A DNA stretch of 64,000 nucleotides from Polyangiales bacterium (GTDB lineage Bacteria > Myxococcota_A > Polyangia > Polyangiales > Ga0077539). Positions 49,891-59,340 of the stretch are shown here, one piece after another (the first letter of the stretch is position 1; each line of letters begins with the position of its first letter). The position numbers and the translations under genes were made by a program. The notes beneath the pieces are model-generated. The model ran no database searches. It had not been told where the DNA came from and worked only from the letters and a program-made list of their open reading frames with translations. The stretch covers positions 672,001 through 736,000 of the forward strand of contig JBGARZ010000002.1 of the NCBI GenBank assembly GCA_044229975.1. The letters are read 5' to 3'.

Positions 49891-51456
49891 GTGGACGAAC
49901 TCCCCTCGGGCACCCTCTACGCCGGACGCTACGCCGTCGTCCGCCTCCTCGGACGCGGCTCGGTGAAGCAGGTCTACCTGGCCTACGACCGGCTCACGCA
50001 GACCCAGGTCGCCCTCGCGCGCCTCGCCGAGCGCCACGGCAGCGACGCCACCGTCGGCGCGAGGTTCTCGCGGGAGGCGCGCGCCGCTGCGGCACTGACC
50101 TCACCGTTCACGGTGCGGGTATTCGACGCGGGCAAGACCGCCGACGGTGAGCGCTACCTCGTGAGCGAGGCCGTGTTGGGTCGCGGCCTCGACGACGCCG
50201 TCGCGGCCGGACCGCTGCCCCCGCGCTTCGCCGCGACGTGGACCATCGAGGTGTTGAGCGCGCTCGCCGAGGCGCACGCGAAGGGGCTCGTGCACCGAGA
50301 CGTGAAGCCGGAAAACGTGATGCTCGCGCCGAGCGACGGCGACGCGATCGGCGAGGTCGCGCGGCTGACGGACTTCGGCCTCGCGAAGGTGCTCGACGAG
50401 CGGATGGAGGGCTCGGTGGTCGTCCGCACCGCCGCCGGCGTCGCGATGGGAACGCCCGACTACATGTCCCCCGAGCAGTGGTCGGGCGGCGCCGTCGACC
50501 TGCGCTCCGACCTCTACTCGGTGGGCGTGATGCTCTACGAGATGCTCCTCGGGCGGGTGCCCTTCGAGGGGCCCTCCCTCATGGCGCTGGCCGCGGCTCA
50601 TCACGTCGCGGAGGTCCCTGCCTTCCCCGACGACGCCCCGCCCGCGGTGCGCGCCCTCGAATCCGTCGTTCGACGAGCGCTGGCCAAGCGCACCGACGCG
50701 CGTTGGGCCTCCGCCGACGCGATGCGCGTTGCCATCGAGGCTGCAGCGGGTGTGCGCCTCCCGACGCCGCCCACGGTGCGGGCGCTCATCCCCGATGACG
50801 AGGTGCTCGACGACGTCGCCCACGTCGAGCTGATGAGCGACGCGGGCATCGGCCCCATCCAGGTGCTCGCAACACCGCGCTTGTTCCTGGGACGAACGGG
50901 GCACGTCGTGGCGCGCTGCCTTCCGCAGTCTGAAGACAACGACCGCCGCTCGCGATCGGTCTCTCGTCGCCACGCGCGCATCGAGTGGCGCGGCGGCCAC
51001 GCCTCTCTCGCCGACGCCCGCAGCGCGTCGGGCACCTCCCTCAACGGCCGCGCCGTGCTGCCCGATCGCGACCCGATCCGCCTCGAACACGGCGACGAGA
51101 TCGGCCTCGGCCCCCACGTCCGCTTCCTGTTCGAGCACGCCCGCGCGCCTGCTGGAGAGCTTCCGTCGTGGGCCCGCCTGACGCGCCTCGACCGCCACGG
51201 CGAAGGCATCGTGCACGTGCTGGTGCTCATCGAAGCGATCGTCTCCACATCGCCCGACGCCGCCGTCGTCGCGCCGACGAGCGCCCGCGACGCGACGCTG
51301 ATCCTTCGCGCGCGCAACGGTCGCATGGTGGCGTTGCGCGACGAGTCCGAGATGCCCGTCGAGCTCTTCGACGGCCAGCGCTGGCGCCTCGGCGACACGA
51401 CGTGGACCGTCGCCGTGCACGACCGCCGCGGCAGCTTCCCGACCCCCGATCGCTGA
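49891..51456 (+). CDS. Cytoplasmic Ser/Thr kinase with C-terminal FHA domain; atypical WNK-like Lys placement
   Basis: LGRGSVKQVY, VALARL (no beta3 Lys), FSREA, HRDVKPEN, DFG, GTPDYMSPE; FHA LGR...VSRRHA...SASGTSLNG; no TM seen. Confidence 0.9.
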   Translation: MDELPSGTLYAGRYAVVRLLGRGSVKQVYLAYDRLTQTQVALARLAERHGSDATVGARFSREARAAAALTSPFTVRVFDAGKTADGERYLVSEAVLGRGLDDAVAAGPLPPRFAATWTIEVLSALAEAHAKGLVHRDVKPENVMLAPSDGDAIGEVARLTDFGLAKVLDERMEGSVVVRTAAGVAMGTPDYMSPEQWSGGAVDLRSDLYSVGVMLYEMLLGRVPFEGPSLMALAAAHHVAEVPAFPDDAPPAVRALESVVRRALAKRTDARWASADAMRVAIEAAAGVRLPTPPTVRALIPDDEVLDDVAHVELMSDAGIGPIQVLATPRLFLGRTGHVVARCLPQSEDNDRRSRSVSRRHARIEWRGGHASLADARSASGTSLNGRAVLPDRDPIRLEHGDEIGLGPHVRFLFEHARAPAGELPSWARLTRLDRHGEGIVHVLVLIEAIVSTSPDAAVVAPTSARDATLILRARNGRMVALRDESEMPVELFDGQRWRLGDTTWTVAVHDRRGSFPTPDR

Positions 51457-51460
51457 CGCG

Positions 51461-52996
51461 TCAGTCGAGCGGAGGCAGCGGGCGATCGCGCATCCGCCAC
51501 GCGGTGCGGGTGGCCACGGTCATGATGGAGAGCTGCGGGTTTACACCGAGGCTGGTGGGCAGAACGCTGCCGTCCGCGATGTAGAGCTCCTGCGTGTCCC
51601 ACACGCGCCCGTCGGGGTCGACCACCGAGTTCTCGCGCGAGCAACCCATGCGAGCGCTGCCGAGCGGGTGCTGCGACGCGCACTCGATGCGCGACGACGG
51701 AAACTTCGTCAGATCGGTTCGGCGAAAGGCGTCGGCGTCGAGCCCGCGCAGCCCGAGCACCGGGATGAACACCTCCTCCGCCCCCGCCGCGAAGAAGGTC
51801 TCCGCGAGCAGCGTGATGACCCGCGGAATCTTCGCGCGATCCTCCGGCGCCATCCGGTAGGTGACCACCGGCTCGCGACCCGGCCCGCGGTGCACCGTGC
51901 CCCCGCCCGCGTCGTGGATGATCCCGCCGAACATCGCGAGGTGGTCGATGTTGCGCGCCGCCGCCACGTGCTCCGGCCCGACCCCCGGCATCGTCGCGCC
52001 GAGCACGCCGTTGGGGACGAACAGCCCCATCAGCGTGATGCCCTCATGCTCGAACGCGTCGGTGTACGCGCTCTGCAACGCGCCCTGCCAGCCGCGCACC
52101 GGCCGCGCGAAGCGCGCCAACACCCTGAACCCCGGGTGCAACGTCATCCCCTGCCCGACCCAGCGCGGGTGCCCGACGCCGCTCCGTCGCAGCAGCAGCG
52201 GCGTGTGCCAGGCCCCCGCAGCCACGACGACCCGTCGTGCGCGCACCCGCAACCGATCGCCCGGCGAGGCCCCATCGCGGTTGAGCAGACGCCCCACGAC
52301 ACCCACCGCACGCCCGTTGCGAGTGACGACGCGATCGACCAGCGCGTGTGACCAGACCTGCACGCCCTGTTCGACGGCACGCGGCAGGTAGCTGAGGTCG
52401 ACGCTCATCTTGGCGCCGTGGGGGCAGCCGAAATTGCAGCGACCGCAGCCATTACAACCCTTGGTATTCCGCCGGATGGGCTTGATCGGCAGGCCCAGCC
52501 GCTCGGCCCCTTCGACGAAGAGCGAGGTCGAGCGGGAGCGCATCCCCACGGGCACCTCCTCGACGTGGATCGCCCGCTCCACGTGGCTGACGTAGGGTTC
52601 GAGCGCCGCCTCCGAGTACTCCTCCAGTCCCAGCTCGCGCTGCCACTCGTCGAGCACCGCGCCTGGGATACGGAAGCAGACGCCGCCGGTGAGCACCGAG
52701 GAGCCTCCCACGCACCTTCCCATGGTGACGTTGATGGCCGGGCTGTCGCCGACCCCCAACGCCGCGACGAAGGCCCCGTCGCGCCACGCGGGGCGCATCG
52801 ACTCGCTCGGACGCATCTGGCCGTGCTGCGGCCCCTCGATGCGTGGCCCCTCCTCCAACACGATCACCCGCAGCCCGCTCTGGGCGAGCTCCGTCGCGAC
52901 CACCGAACCTCCGGCCCCGGAGCCGACCACCACGACGTCGCAGTCGAGTTCCAGCGGACCGCGGTGATCGCGCGCCGAGAAGTACCCGCCGTTCAC
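51461..52996 (-). CDS. GMC-family FAD oxidoreductase
   Basis: GTG at 52996 overlaps the upstream stop; VVGSGAGG, GRCVGGSSV, CNGCGRCNFGC, LHP, HPLGSARMG, DGSVLPTSLGVNPQ. Confidence 0.9.
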   Translation of the reverse strand: MNGGYFSARDHRGPLELDCDVVVVGSGAGGSVVATELAQSGLRVIVLEEGPRIEGPQHGQMRPSESMRPAWRDGAFVAALGVGDSPAINVTMGRCVGGSSVLTGGVCFRIPGAVLDEWQRELGLEEYSEAALEPYVSHVERAIHVEEVPVGMRSRSTSLFVEGAERLGLPIKPIRRNTKGCNGCGRCNFGCPHGAKMSVDLSYLPRAVEQGVQVWSHALVDRVVTRNGRAVGVVGRLLNRDGASPGDRLRVRARRVVVAAGAWHTPLLLRRSGVGHPRWVGQGMTLHPGFRVLARFARPVRGWQGALQSAYTDAFEHEGITLMGLFVPNGVLGATMPGVGPEHVAAARNIDHLAMFGGIIHDAGGGTVHRGPGREPVVTYRMAPEDRAKIPRVITLLAETFFAAGAEEVFIPVLGLRGLDADAFRRTDLTKFPSSRIECASQHPLGSARMGCSRENSVVDPDGRVWDTQELYIADGSVLPTSLGVNPQLSIMTVATRTAWRMRDRPLPPLD

Positions 52997-53433
52997 GAGG
53001 GCCTCTTCAGGCAGAGCCCGTCGTAGCCAACCTCGCGCGCCGCCGCGGGGTGCTCGTACCAGACGATGCAGAGCGCCGCCTTCGCACCAAAAAACGCCAG
53101 CGCGAGCGGGCTCTCCTCGAAGCGGGTGAGCGCGACCGCACGCGCCTCGGGAGGGAGCGCAGAGAAGCGCCCGAAGCGACCGATGAGGAGCGGCGCCAAC
53201 AGGTCGAGCACCGTGATGCAAAGCAGGAAGACCGAGCGAGAGCGGGTGCCAGCATGGGCGAAGAAGTGGTCGAGGTCATCGCCGAGCCATGTGAGGCGGT
53301 CGACCGGCGGCGCGCCCTCGTCCCGGGCGAACAACGTCCCAGCAATCGCCACTGCCACGCGACGAGCGTCGTCGGAGAGGCCGTCCCCACCACGCACGCC
53401 ATCCGGCACCTCGACACGCAATCCGTCCGACAT
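52993..53433 (-). CDS. Small helical partner of the GMC enzyme (gluconate-2-dehydrogenase subunit 3-like)
   Basis: RFSALPPEAR...L, K.....VWYEHP....VGYDG; translationally coupled to the GMC gene. Confidence 0.65.
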   Translation of the reverse strand: MSDGLRVEVPDGVRGGDGLSDDARRVAVAIAGTLFARDEGAPPVDRLTWLGDDLDHFFAHAGTRSRSVFLLCITVLDLLAPLLIGRFGRFSALPPEARAVALTRFEESPLALAFFGAKAALCIVWYEHPAAAREVGYDGLCLKRPS

Positions 53434-53472
53434 GGACAGATCATCGCATAGAGGCGCGGAACAACGACGAGA

Positions 53473-54015
53473 CTAGCGGTTGTACTCGGGGGCGTACTGC
53501 CCGGTGGCGGGATCGATTCCGACCGCGCGCAGGCCGTCGTCGAGGGAGCGCGGAGTTGCGTCGGCGGCGACGGGGGCAGGCGTGCGGTTCCAGACGGTGA
53601 CCAGGGTGCGGTCGCCCTCGTCACGCACGCCAACGTCGACGACGAAGTTCGATTGCACGTTGCGGACGATGCCACGGTGGATCAGCGCCGCGAGCGGATG
53701 GATGTCCGCATCGCGCATCTCCAGGCGCTGCTCCAGATAGCGCATCACGCGCGGCATCGGCGCCTCGACCCTGAACGTCTTCATGCTGTCGGTGGCGAGG
53801 TGCTCCCGAGACACGGTCGGCATCGCGAGCCCGAACGCGCTCAGACTCCCAGGGAGCAGATCGTCGTTGGAGGGAGGAGCGTCGTCGAGCGACTGCTCCT
53901 GTACCACCGCAGCCGCAACAGGCGCCGCGGAGGCGGAGGGCGTGGCTCGTGGCCGACGGTGGCAGGCCACCACCGCCGACAACAAGAGGAGAATGCTACC
54001 GAGCCGGGTGCCCAT
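53473..54015 (-). CDS. Lipoprotein of unknown function coupled to pilY1
   Basis: MGTRLGSILLLLSAVVAC lipobox; TGATG overlap with the pilY1 stop. Confidence 0.75.
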   Translation of the reverse strand: MGTRLGSILLLLSAVVACHRRPRATPSASAAPVAAAVVQEQSLDDAPPSNDDLLPGSLSAFGLAMPTVSREHLATDSMKTFRVEAPMPRVMRYLEQRLEMRDADIHPLAALIHRGIVRNVQSNFVVDVGVRDEGDRTLVTVWNRTPAPVAADATPRSLDDGLRAVGIDPATGQYAPEYNR

Positions 54016-57000
54016 CACTCAAAGACAGCGGCGACCGAGTCGATGCGCGAGGGGATGATCGGCGAGGGCAACGAGCGGGAGAACACAGCGGTGGTCGTCC
54101 CGCCCACCATCCCGGTCTGCGCGATCTGCAACACGAGGCGGTACTCGCCGCCCGTGGTGGAGCTCACGAAGGTGCGAGGCGAACCGGTGATCGGGTCGAT
54201 CACATCGGCGCTCACGTTGCAGTTCGGGCGGCGGGCGACCGCGACGCCGAAGAGCAGGCTGTTGGCGTCGTCGAGGTCGCTGCCGTTGTTGTTGAGGTCA
54301 CGCGTGACCCGCACGACGTCCGCCGTGGTCATCGGGTCGCCATCGCGATCGAGACGGCCCTGCGGGTACGTCGAGCCCGTTGGATCGTTGCGGCTCAGGT
54401 CAACACCCCAGAGGCGGGCCGCGCCCATCTGGCAAGGATCGGTGCCCGTCTGCGGCGCAAAGGTGCCGAAGTAGAGGACGTTGTTGAAGAGCGTCATGGA
54501 GCCCGTCAGGCGCTCGCCGGCGAGGAGATCGCGGTCCGTGGTCTGCGACCCCGGGCGAATACCCCAGTTCTCCTCGATGTTGATCGCGACCGAGGTGCCC
54601 GCGGCGTCCGTGGTCGTCGACTCCATGATGGACTCGATCCGGTTCTCCTGGGTGCCCGAGAGGTCTTCGGTGTCGCCCGATCCGAATGCGATGATCGTGC
54701 GGCCGAGGTCATCGATGCTGGTCACCGGGCGCTCGATGATGGGCTGACCGCTCTGATAGCCCCGATCCCAGAAGAGATCGAACTCGGTCGCCATCCACCA
54801 CTGGGCGGGGTTGGGGTTGGTCAGGTCGACACGCCAGAGCATGCCGTCCGCGTCGCCGACGTAGGCGCGCGTGGTGACGACACCAGCGAGGCCGTTGTAG
54901 AGGGCCGGCGCACCAACGATGGGGGAATGCGTTGGCGTGGGGCTCGTCGTCGTCGGCATCGCGGGGTCGTAGGGGACGGCCGACGGAGCAGCGCCGATCT
55001 TCCGGATCAGCTCACCCGTCTGGAGGTTGACCACGTAGAAGAACCGACCGTGGTTGCTGTTCCAGCAGCGGACGAAGGGACGCTGCGCGCCGCGACCACC
55101 GGACCAACCTGTCATGAGACCATTGGGCCGGGTGCTGCTCGGTGCCGAGGTCGGGGAGCAGCTCGCGGCCTGCTCACCGGTGCCGCCCGGAATGAACGCG
55201 ACCGCTCGCTCCACCGAGGGCCCGCCGTTCGGCGAATAGAACACCGTACCGATCGCCGGCGTGCCCGACGAGACGGTCAGGTCGGGGTCGGTGAACTGCC
55301 ACAGGAAGCGAGGGTTGTAGGGGTCCGTCACGTCCATGCCGATGTACGCGCCGCCGCCACCGCGGAGTCCCACCACGAGCACGGTGCGCCAGCTGCTGTC
55401 GTCCTGCAGTGAGCCCGTCGAGCGCTCGTAGTAGATCTCCTTGACCACCGGCGAGCCGTCGACACCCAGGGTACGGGTTGTCGGGTACCCGCTGCGAAGG
55501 TTGGGCACGAGGTACGGAGGGACAAACCCCCACACTTCCTCGCCCGAGTCCGTGTTGAAGGCGTGGAGCACGCCGTCGTTGCTGCCGACGTAGACAATGG
55601 GCTCACGCGTTCCGACGGTCACCGCGGTGCGACGACGGCCAGTGAGCGGCAACGTTCGCTGGCGAAAGGCGAGGAAGGTCTGGTCGGGGAGATTGATACG
55701 CGGCGCCGAGACATAGGTCGGCGTCGAGCGGAAGATGTCACCGAGCGGACGATCCTGCCGGATGGTGCCGACATCGCCACGAAGCCAGGCGAGCAGGTCA
55801 GAGACCTCCGTCGTCGTGGTGTAGTTGAACAGCGCCGGCGACATGGAGGGCGAGAGTTCGACCGCGGTACCCGCACCGGCCGTCAAGCCGTTGATCATCG
55901 TTTGGCGGAGGTCCGCAGAAGTGGTGGCGGTCGTGGGCACGAAGGTCCACAGGTAGCGACCACCCCAGCCACGGCTGTCGCGAATCGGGCGACGGAGATT
56001 GTAGGCAAAGTCATCGCCCGCAGCCTGATCCGGCGCCACTGGGGTCGGCACCGGAGGAGCACCCGACGACGGAGCCTGACAGACCGTTCGCGTGCGCGTG
56101 AGCAACCCGGACCACGGACGCCCGGGCGTCACGTTGAAGGCTGCATTGAACTGGTACTGGGAAGTTCCGCTTGCGGCCGTCGTGCCTGCCTCGCCAAACA
56201 CCGGCGGCGTGCGCGTCGAGGTCTGCGAGGTGATGGTATCGATGATGGCCGAGAGTGCGGCCGAGAACGTCGGCCGGTCGTTGGCGTAGTAGACGCGCGT
56301 CGTGTTGCCCGCCATCGCGATGGGCTCAAGCGCGCTGACCGCGTCGGGATCGCTGGCGTTGAACGCGAGCACGTAGGTCTTCACGTTGGGGGCACCGCCG
56401 CCTGCCATCGCCATTGCAAAGGCGGTCGCCGCAGGCTCCAGATACGGGCAGGTGCCACCCACGCACGCCGGGCGGAAGTCTGTCGGCGCGCCATCCGTGA
56501 TGAGGATGTTCGCGCGGGTTCGGCAGTTGAAGTAGGGGTCACCCGCGCCGCCGGACGAGCCGTCGGTGACGTCGGTGTTGTTACGCCAGTAATAAAGGGC
56601 GTCTTCCAACATGCCGGCGATGGGAGTGGCCCCGAACGGGCGCACACCAGGCATCTCCGTGACCATCGTCATCGGGTTGGCCACGCGACCCGCGAGGCTC
56701 TCCTGCACCTGGCGGTTGATGAGCGCGAGGGCCGCCGTGTCCGCGCTGGCTGGACCAACCGAGATGAGGCCGCCCGGCACCACATCGGCGACGTTGCCGT
56801 CCGTCGAGGCGCGCTTCGCTCCGACGTTGACCGTCAGCGGGGTCGTGCACATCGGCGGGCTGAAGATGCGGTCGCCGTTCGAGCCCGGACCCGTGGGGTA
56901 CGAGAACATCCCGTCGTTGGCGAGAGTGCCCGTGCGGTTGTCGTTGTCGAAGGTCATCAACCCGAAGCGCACGCGGTCGGCGTACACGTCGAGGATGCCG

Positions 57001-57440
57001 TCGTTCGCCTGGCGCGCGGCAGGGTCGTGCAGCGGCACGTTATGGGACAAGGGCTGGTGGTGCGAATACGCGTAAAGGTAATCGTAGTTGAAGTTGGCGG
57101 TGGTGCGCGCCGACTCCACACACGAGAATGCCTCGATGGTGCCAGTGAGCACCTCCAACGCAGTCGTCCAGCGGTTGCGCTGCTCGTCCGCGGGACATGC
57201 CGATGAGCACATCGACGCGCCGTTCGAGCACACGTTGCAGACGCCGCCCGACGCTCCCCGGCACAGGTTGTTGGGGACGTTGGTCCTGAACTCCATCGAG
57301 CCCGACGTGTCGTCGAGCACCATGATGTTCGGTCGAATCAACCGCACATCTGCGGGCTGAGCGCCCGCGATACGCGGGGCTGAAAGCCAGCCCAACACCA
57401 TGATGGAGAGGGCTCCGAGTCGCTTGCGGTTCAGTTGCAT
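54015..57440 (-). CDS. pilY1: Type IV pilus tip adhesin PilY1/PilC
   Basis: Signal peptide; vWA MIDAS-like PNIMVLDDTSGSM, ATPIAG.L.DA, ILITDG; C-terminal propeller LGDIFRSTP, YVGSNDGVLHAF, GVDGSP, AYVGD.DG.LWRVDL; Ca-loop-like DRDGD and DLNNNG. Confidence 0.9.
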   Translation of the reverse strand: MQLNRKRLGALSIMVLGWLSAPRIAGAQPADVRLIRPNIMVLDDTSGSMEFRTNVPNNLCRGASGGVCNVCSNGASMCSSACPADEQRNRWTTALEVLTGTIEAFSCVESARTTANFNYDYLYAYSHHQPLSHNVPLHDPAARQANDGILDVYADRVRFGLMTFDNDNRTGTLANDGMFSYPTGPGSNGDRIFSPPMCTTPLTVNVGAKRASTDGNVADVVPGGLISVGPASADTAALALINRQVQESLAGRVANPMTMVTEMPGVRPFGATPIAGMLEDALYYWRNNTDVTDGSSGGAGDPYFNCRTRANILITDGAPTDFRPACVGGTCPYLEPAATAFAMAMAGGGAPNVKTYVLAFNASDPDAVSALEPIAMAGNTTRVYYANDRPTFSAALSAIIDTITSQTSTRTPPVFGEAGTTAASGTSQYQFNAAFNVTPGRPWSGLLTRTRTVCQAPSSGAPPVPTPVAPDQAAGDDFAYNLRRPIRDSRGWGGRYLWTFVPTTATTSADLRQTMINGLTAGAGTAVELSPSMSPALFNYTTTTEVSDLLAWLRGDVGTIRQDRPLGDIFRSTPTYVSAPRINLPDQTFLAFRQRTLPLTGRRRTAVTVGTREPIVYVGSNDGVLHAFNTDSGEEVWGFVPPYLVPNLRSGYPTTRTLGVDGSPVVKEIYYERSTGSLQDDSSWRTVLVVGLRGGGGAYIGMDVTDPYNPRFLWQFTDPDLTVSSGTPAIGTVFYSPNGGPSVERAVAFIPGGTGEQAASCSPTSAPSSTRPNGLMTGWSGGRGAQRPFVRCWNSNHGRFFYVVNLQTGELIRKIGAAPSAVPYDPAMPTTTSPTPTHSPIVGAPALYNGLAGVVTTRAYVGDADGMLWRVDLTNPNPAQWWMATEFDLFWDRGYQSGQPIIERPVTSIDDLGRTIIAFGSGDTEDLSGTQENRIESIMESTTTDAAGTSVAINIEENWGIRPGSQTTDRDLLAGERLTGSMTLFNNVLYFGTFAPQTGTDPCQMGAARLWGVDLSRNDPTGSTYPQGRLDRDGDPMTTADVVRVTRDLNNNGSDLDDANSLLFGVAVARRPNCNVSADVIDPITGSPRTFVSSTTGGEYRLVLQIAQTGMVGGTTTAVFSRSLPSPIIPSRIDSVAAVFE

Positions 57441-58105
57441 GGAATCACCGTGATGGCGCGGAGCGATTCCGTCCCGCGCGCGATGTTGGTGGGGTCAGTG
57501 CCGTAAAGGCTGGAAGCAAGTTCGGTCGTACCTTCGGACTCGACCAGGAGACGCACCGGGAGCACCGTGAGGCTCGGATCGCTCACATCGGTTCCCCGCT
57601 GAGGCGATGTGTCAGCACCAAGTTCGGTGACGCGGACCTGGAAGCGCGGCGTGAGACCGCCCGCGCCGAACGACCCCGCGGTGCGAGAAATGCCCGTACC
57701 CGTGGCGTCGGTGAACACCCTCTGAGGCGTCGTGATCACGTCGAAGTCGCCCAGGTAGAAGGTGTAGCAGGGAGGCGTGATGGGCCCGCGCGACGTCGTG
57801 ATGGTCGGACACCCCGGGATCCCCCCGGTCGTCAGCGCACGCACCCGGAGGTTGGAGCTGAAGTACGCGGCGCAGGCGGTGCGCAACCGGGTCATCACCG
57901 CCGACGCGCCGGCCTCAGCGACGTAGTGGGTCTGCGCCGACTGCCGGACGTAGCCCGACGAACGAATCTCGAGGGCCGACGAGCGCGTCACGAAGACCCC
58001 CGCAGCGCTCACCATCATGAGGAGCATCATCACGACAAACATCGCGACGCCGCGCTGTCCGCGCCGTGTCCTGTGCCGCCTCTTGCTGGTCGCTACACGT
58101 GTCAT
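57431..58105 (-). CDS. pilX: Minor pilin PilX-like
   Basis: Class III signal QRG|VAMFVVMMLL lacking Glu+5 (a PilX hallmark); AEAG; AGGAGG just upstream of ATG 58105 (alternative start 58120). Confidence 0.8.
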   Translation of the reverse strand: MTRVATSKRRHRTRRGQRGVAMFVVMMLLMMVSAAGVFVTRSSALEIRSSGYVRQSAQTHYVAEAGASAVMTRLRTACAAYFSSNLRVRALTTGGIPGCPTITTSRGPITPPCYTFYLGDFDVITTPQRVFTDATGTGISRTAGSFGAGGLTPRFQVRVTELGADTSPQRGTDVSDPSLTVLPVRLLVESEGTTELASSLYGTDPTNIARGTESLRAITVIPCN

Positions 58106-58125
58106 CGTCCTCCTGGGCATTCCGT

Positions 58126-59340
58126 TCAACGAAGGTTGCGAATCGCGAGATTGGGCACCGCGATCTCGGTGACGAGCGAGCGCACACGGGCTGCGCCGAT
58201 GCGGTTGTTGAACACGCGGAAGCGCGTCAGAGCCGACGTGGCGCCGCGAGGAACCCAACCAAACCCAGGCTCCTGATCGCGGTCGCGGATCGACAGCCGC
58301 ACGATGACCGACCGGATCTGCTGCGGGCGCGCGGTGGTCCCGCCGCTCGCCACCGAACCAGCCAAGGTCGTGATGGCGCTATCACCGAAGGCGAGCGTGC
58401 GCATCGAGGGTTGGGCCACGATGGTGTTGGCCGGATTGCCGAGGTCGTAGGCAATCGAGGCATCGAAGTCGACCGCGTACTCGCCGACGAGACGGGCCGC
58501 CGAGGTGATCTCGGTCGGGCTCGGGCGCAGGTCGTACTCGCGACGAATGAGGTCCGTCTTCGCCGCCCGTACGACCAGGTCGGTTGGGTAGAGTTCGCCG
58601 AGCCGCGACGCCAGGCTGCCGATCTCGTACTCGACCATCATCATCGGGGCGACGGTCGCGCCAACGCCGAGGCCCGCGAGACCGCAACCCGCCCCCGCGG
58701 AGCTCGCGCTCGCCCCCGCCCCCTGCACGAGCGGGCTCGACGCCAGGAGCAGCGACGAGAGGCCCGTGGAGTTGGAAGCCACCCAGGTACCGCCCATCGA
58801 GACCGCGAACTGCATCTGCCCGGTGGTGCTCATGATGCGCAGGAGGCGAGGCGACATCGCCGTGCCGAAGATGCGATCGAACTCGACCTGGCTTTGGATG
58901 CGCGTCCACTGCGGTGACTGGTTTTGCAGCGCGAGCGTTGAGCCCGACACGCCAGCGACGGTGTACTCGTCGGCAGAGGCGTAGTTGCCGGTCAGACGCA
59001 TCACGATGGGATTGATGTGCGCGTTGTCCGCAGGCAGCAGCGTGGGGTTGGGGCTGGAGCGCGCGATCTCGATGCCCTGATACCCCGTCGTCGGACGAGG
59101 GCAGACCCTCGGGTCAAGCACGCTGTTGGGCGTACCCATATAACCCGCGCGAGAGACGTCGGCGCGAATCTGCTCCATCGCAAAGCGCAGTCGGAGCTGC
59201 ATCTCCGCAGTGCGCTGCTGCTGATTGAAGGTCTCCGTGGCCGAGCTCGACACCGCGTACAGCGCCGACACGACGATGGACGTGAGGAGGATCGCGATGA
59301 GCAGCTCGACGAGCGTATAGCCGGGGTTCGAGCGCCTCAT
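58126..59340 (-). CDS. pilW: Minor pilin PilW-like
   Basis: NPG|YTLVELLIAILL with Glu+5; LRFAMEQIRADVSRAGY; IRSVIVRL near the C-terminus. Confidence 0.85.
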   Translation of the reverse strand: MRRSNPGYTLVELLIAILLTSIVVSALYAVSSSATETFNQQQRTAEMQLRLRFAMEQIRADVSRAGYMGTPNSVLDPRVCPRPTTGYQGIEIARSSPNPTLLPADNAHINPIVMRLTGNYASADEYTVAGVSGSTLALQNQSPQWTRIQSQVEFDRIFGTAMSPRLLRIMSTTGQMQFAVSMGGTWVASNSTGLSSLLLASSPLVQGAGASASSAGAGCGLAGLGVGATVAPMMMVEYEIGSLASRLGELYPTDLVVRAAKTDLIRREYDLRPSPTEITSAARLVGEYAVDFDASIAYDLGNPANTIVAQPSMRTLAFGDSAITTLAGSVASGGTTARPQQIRSVIVRLSIRDRDQEPGFGWVPRGATSALTRFRVFNNRIGAARVRSLVTEIAVPNLAIRNLR

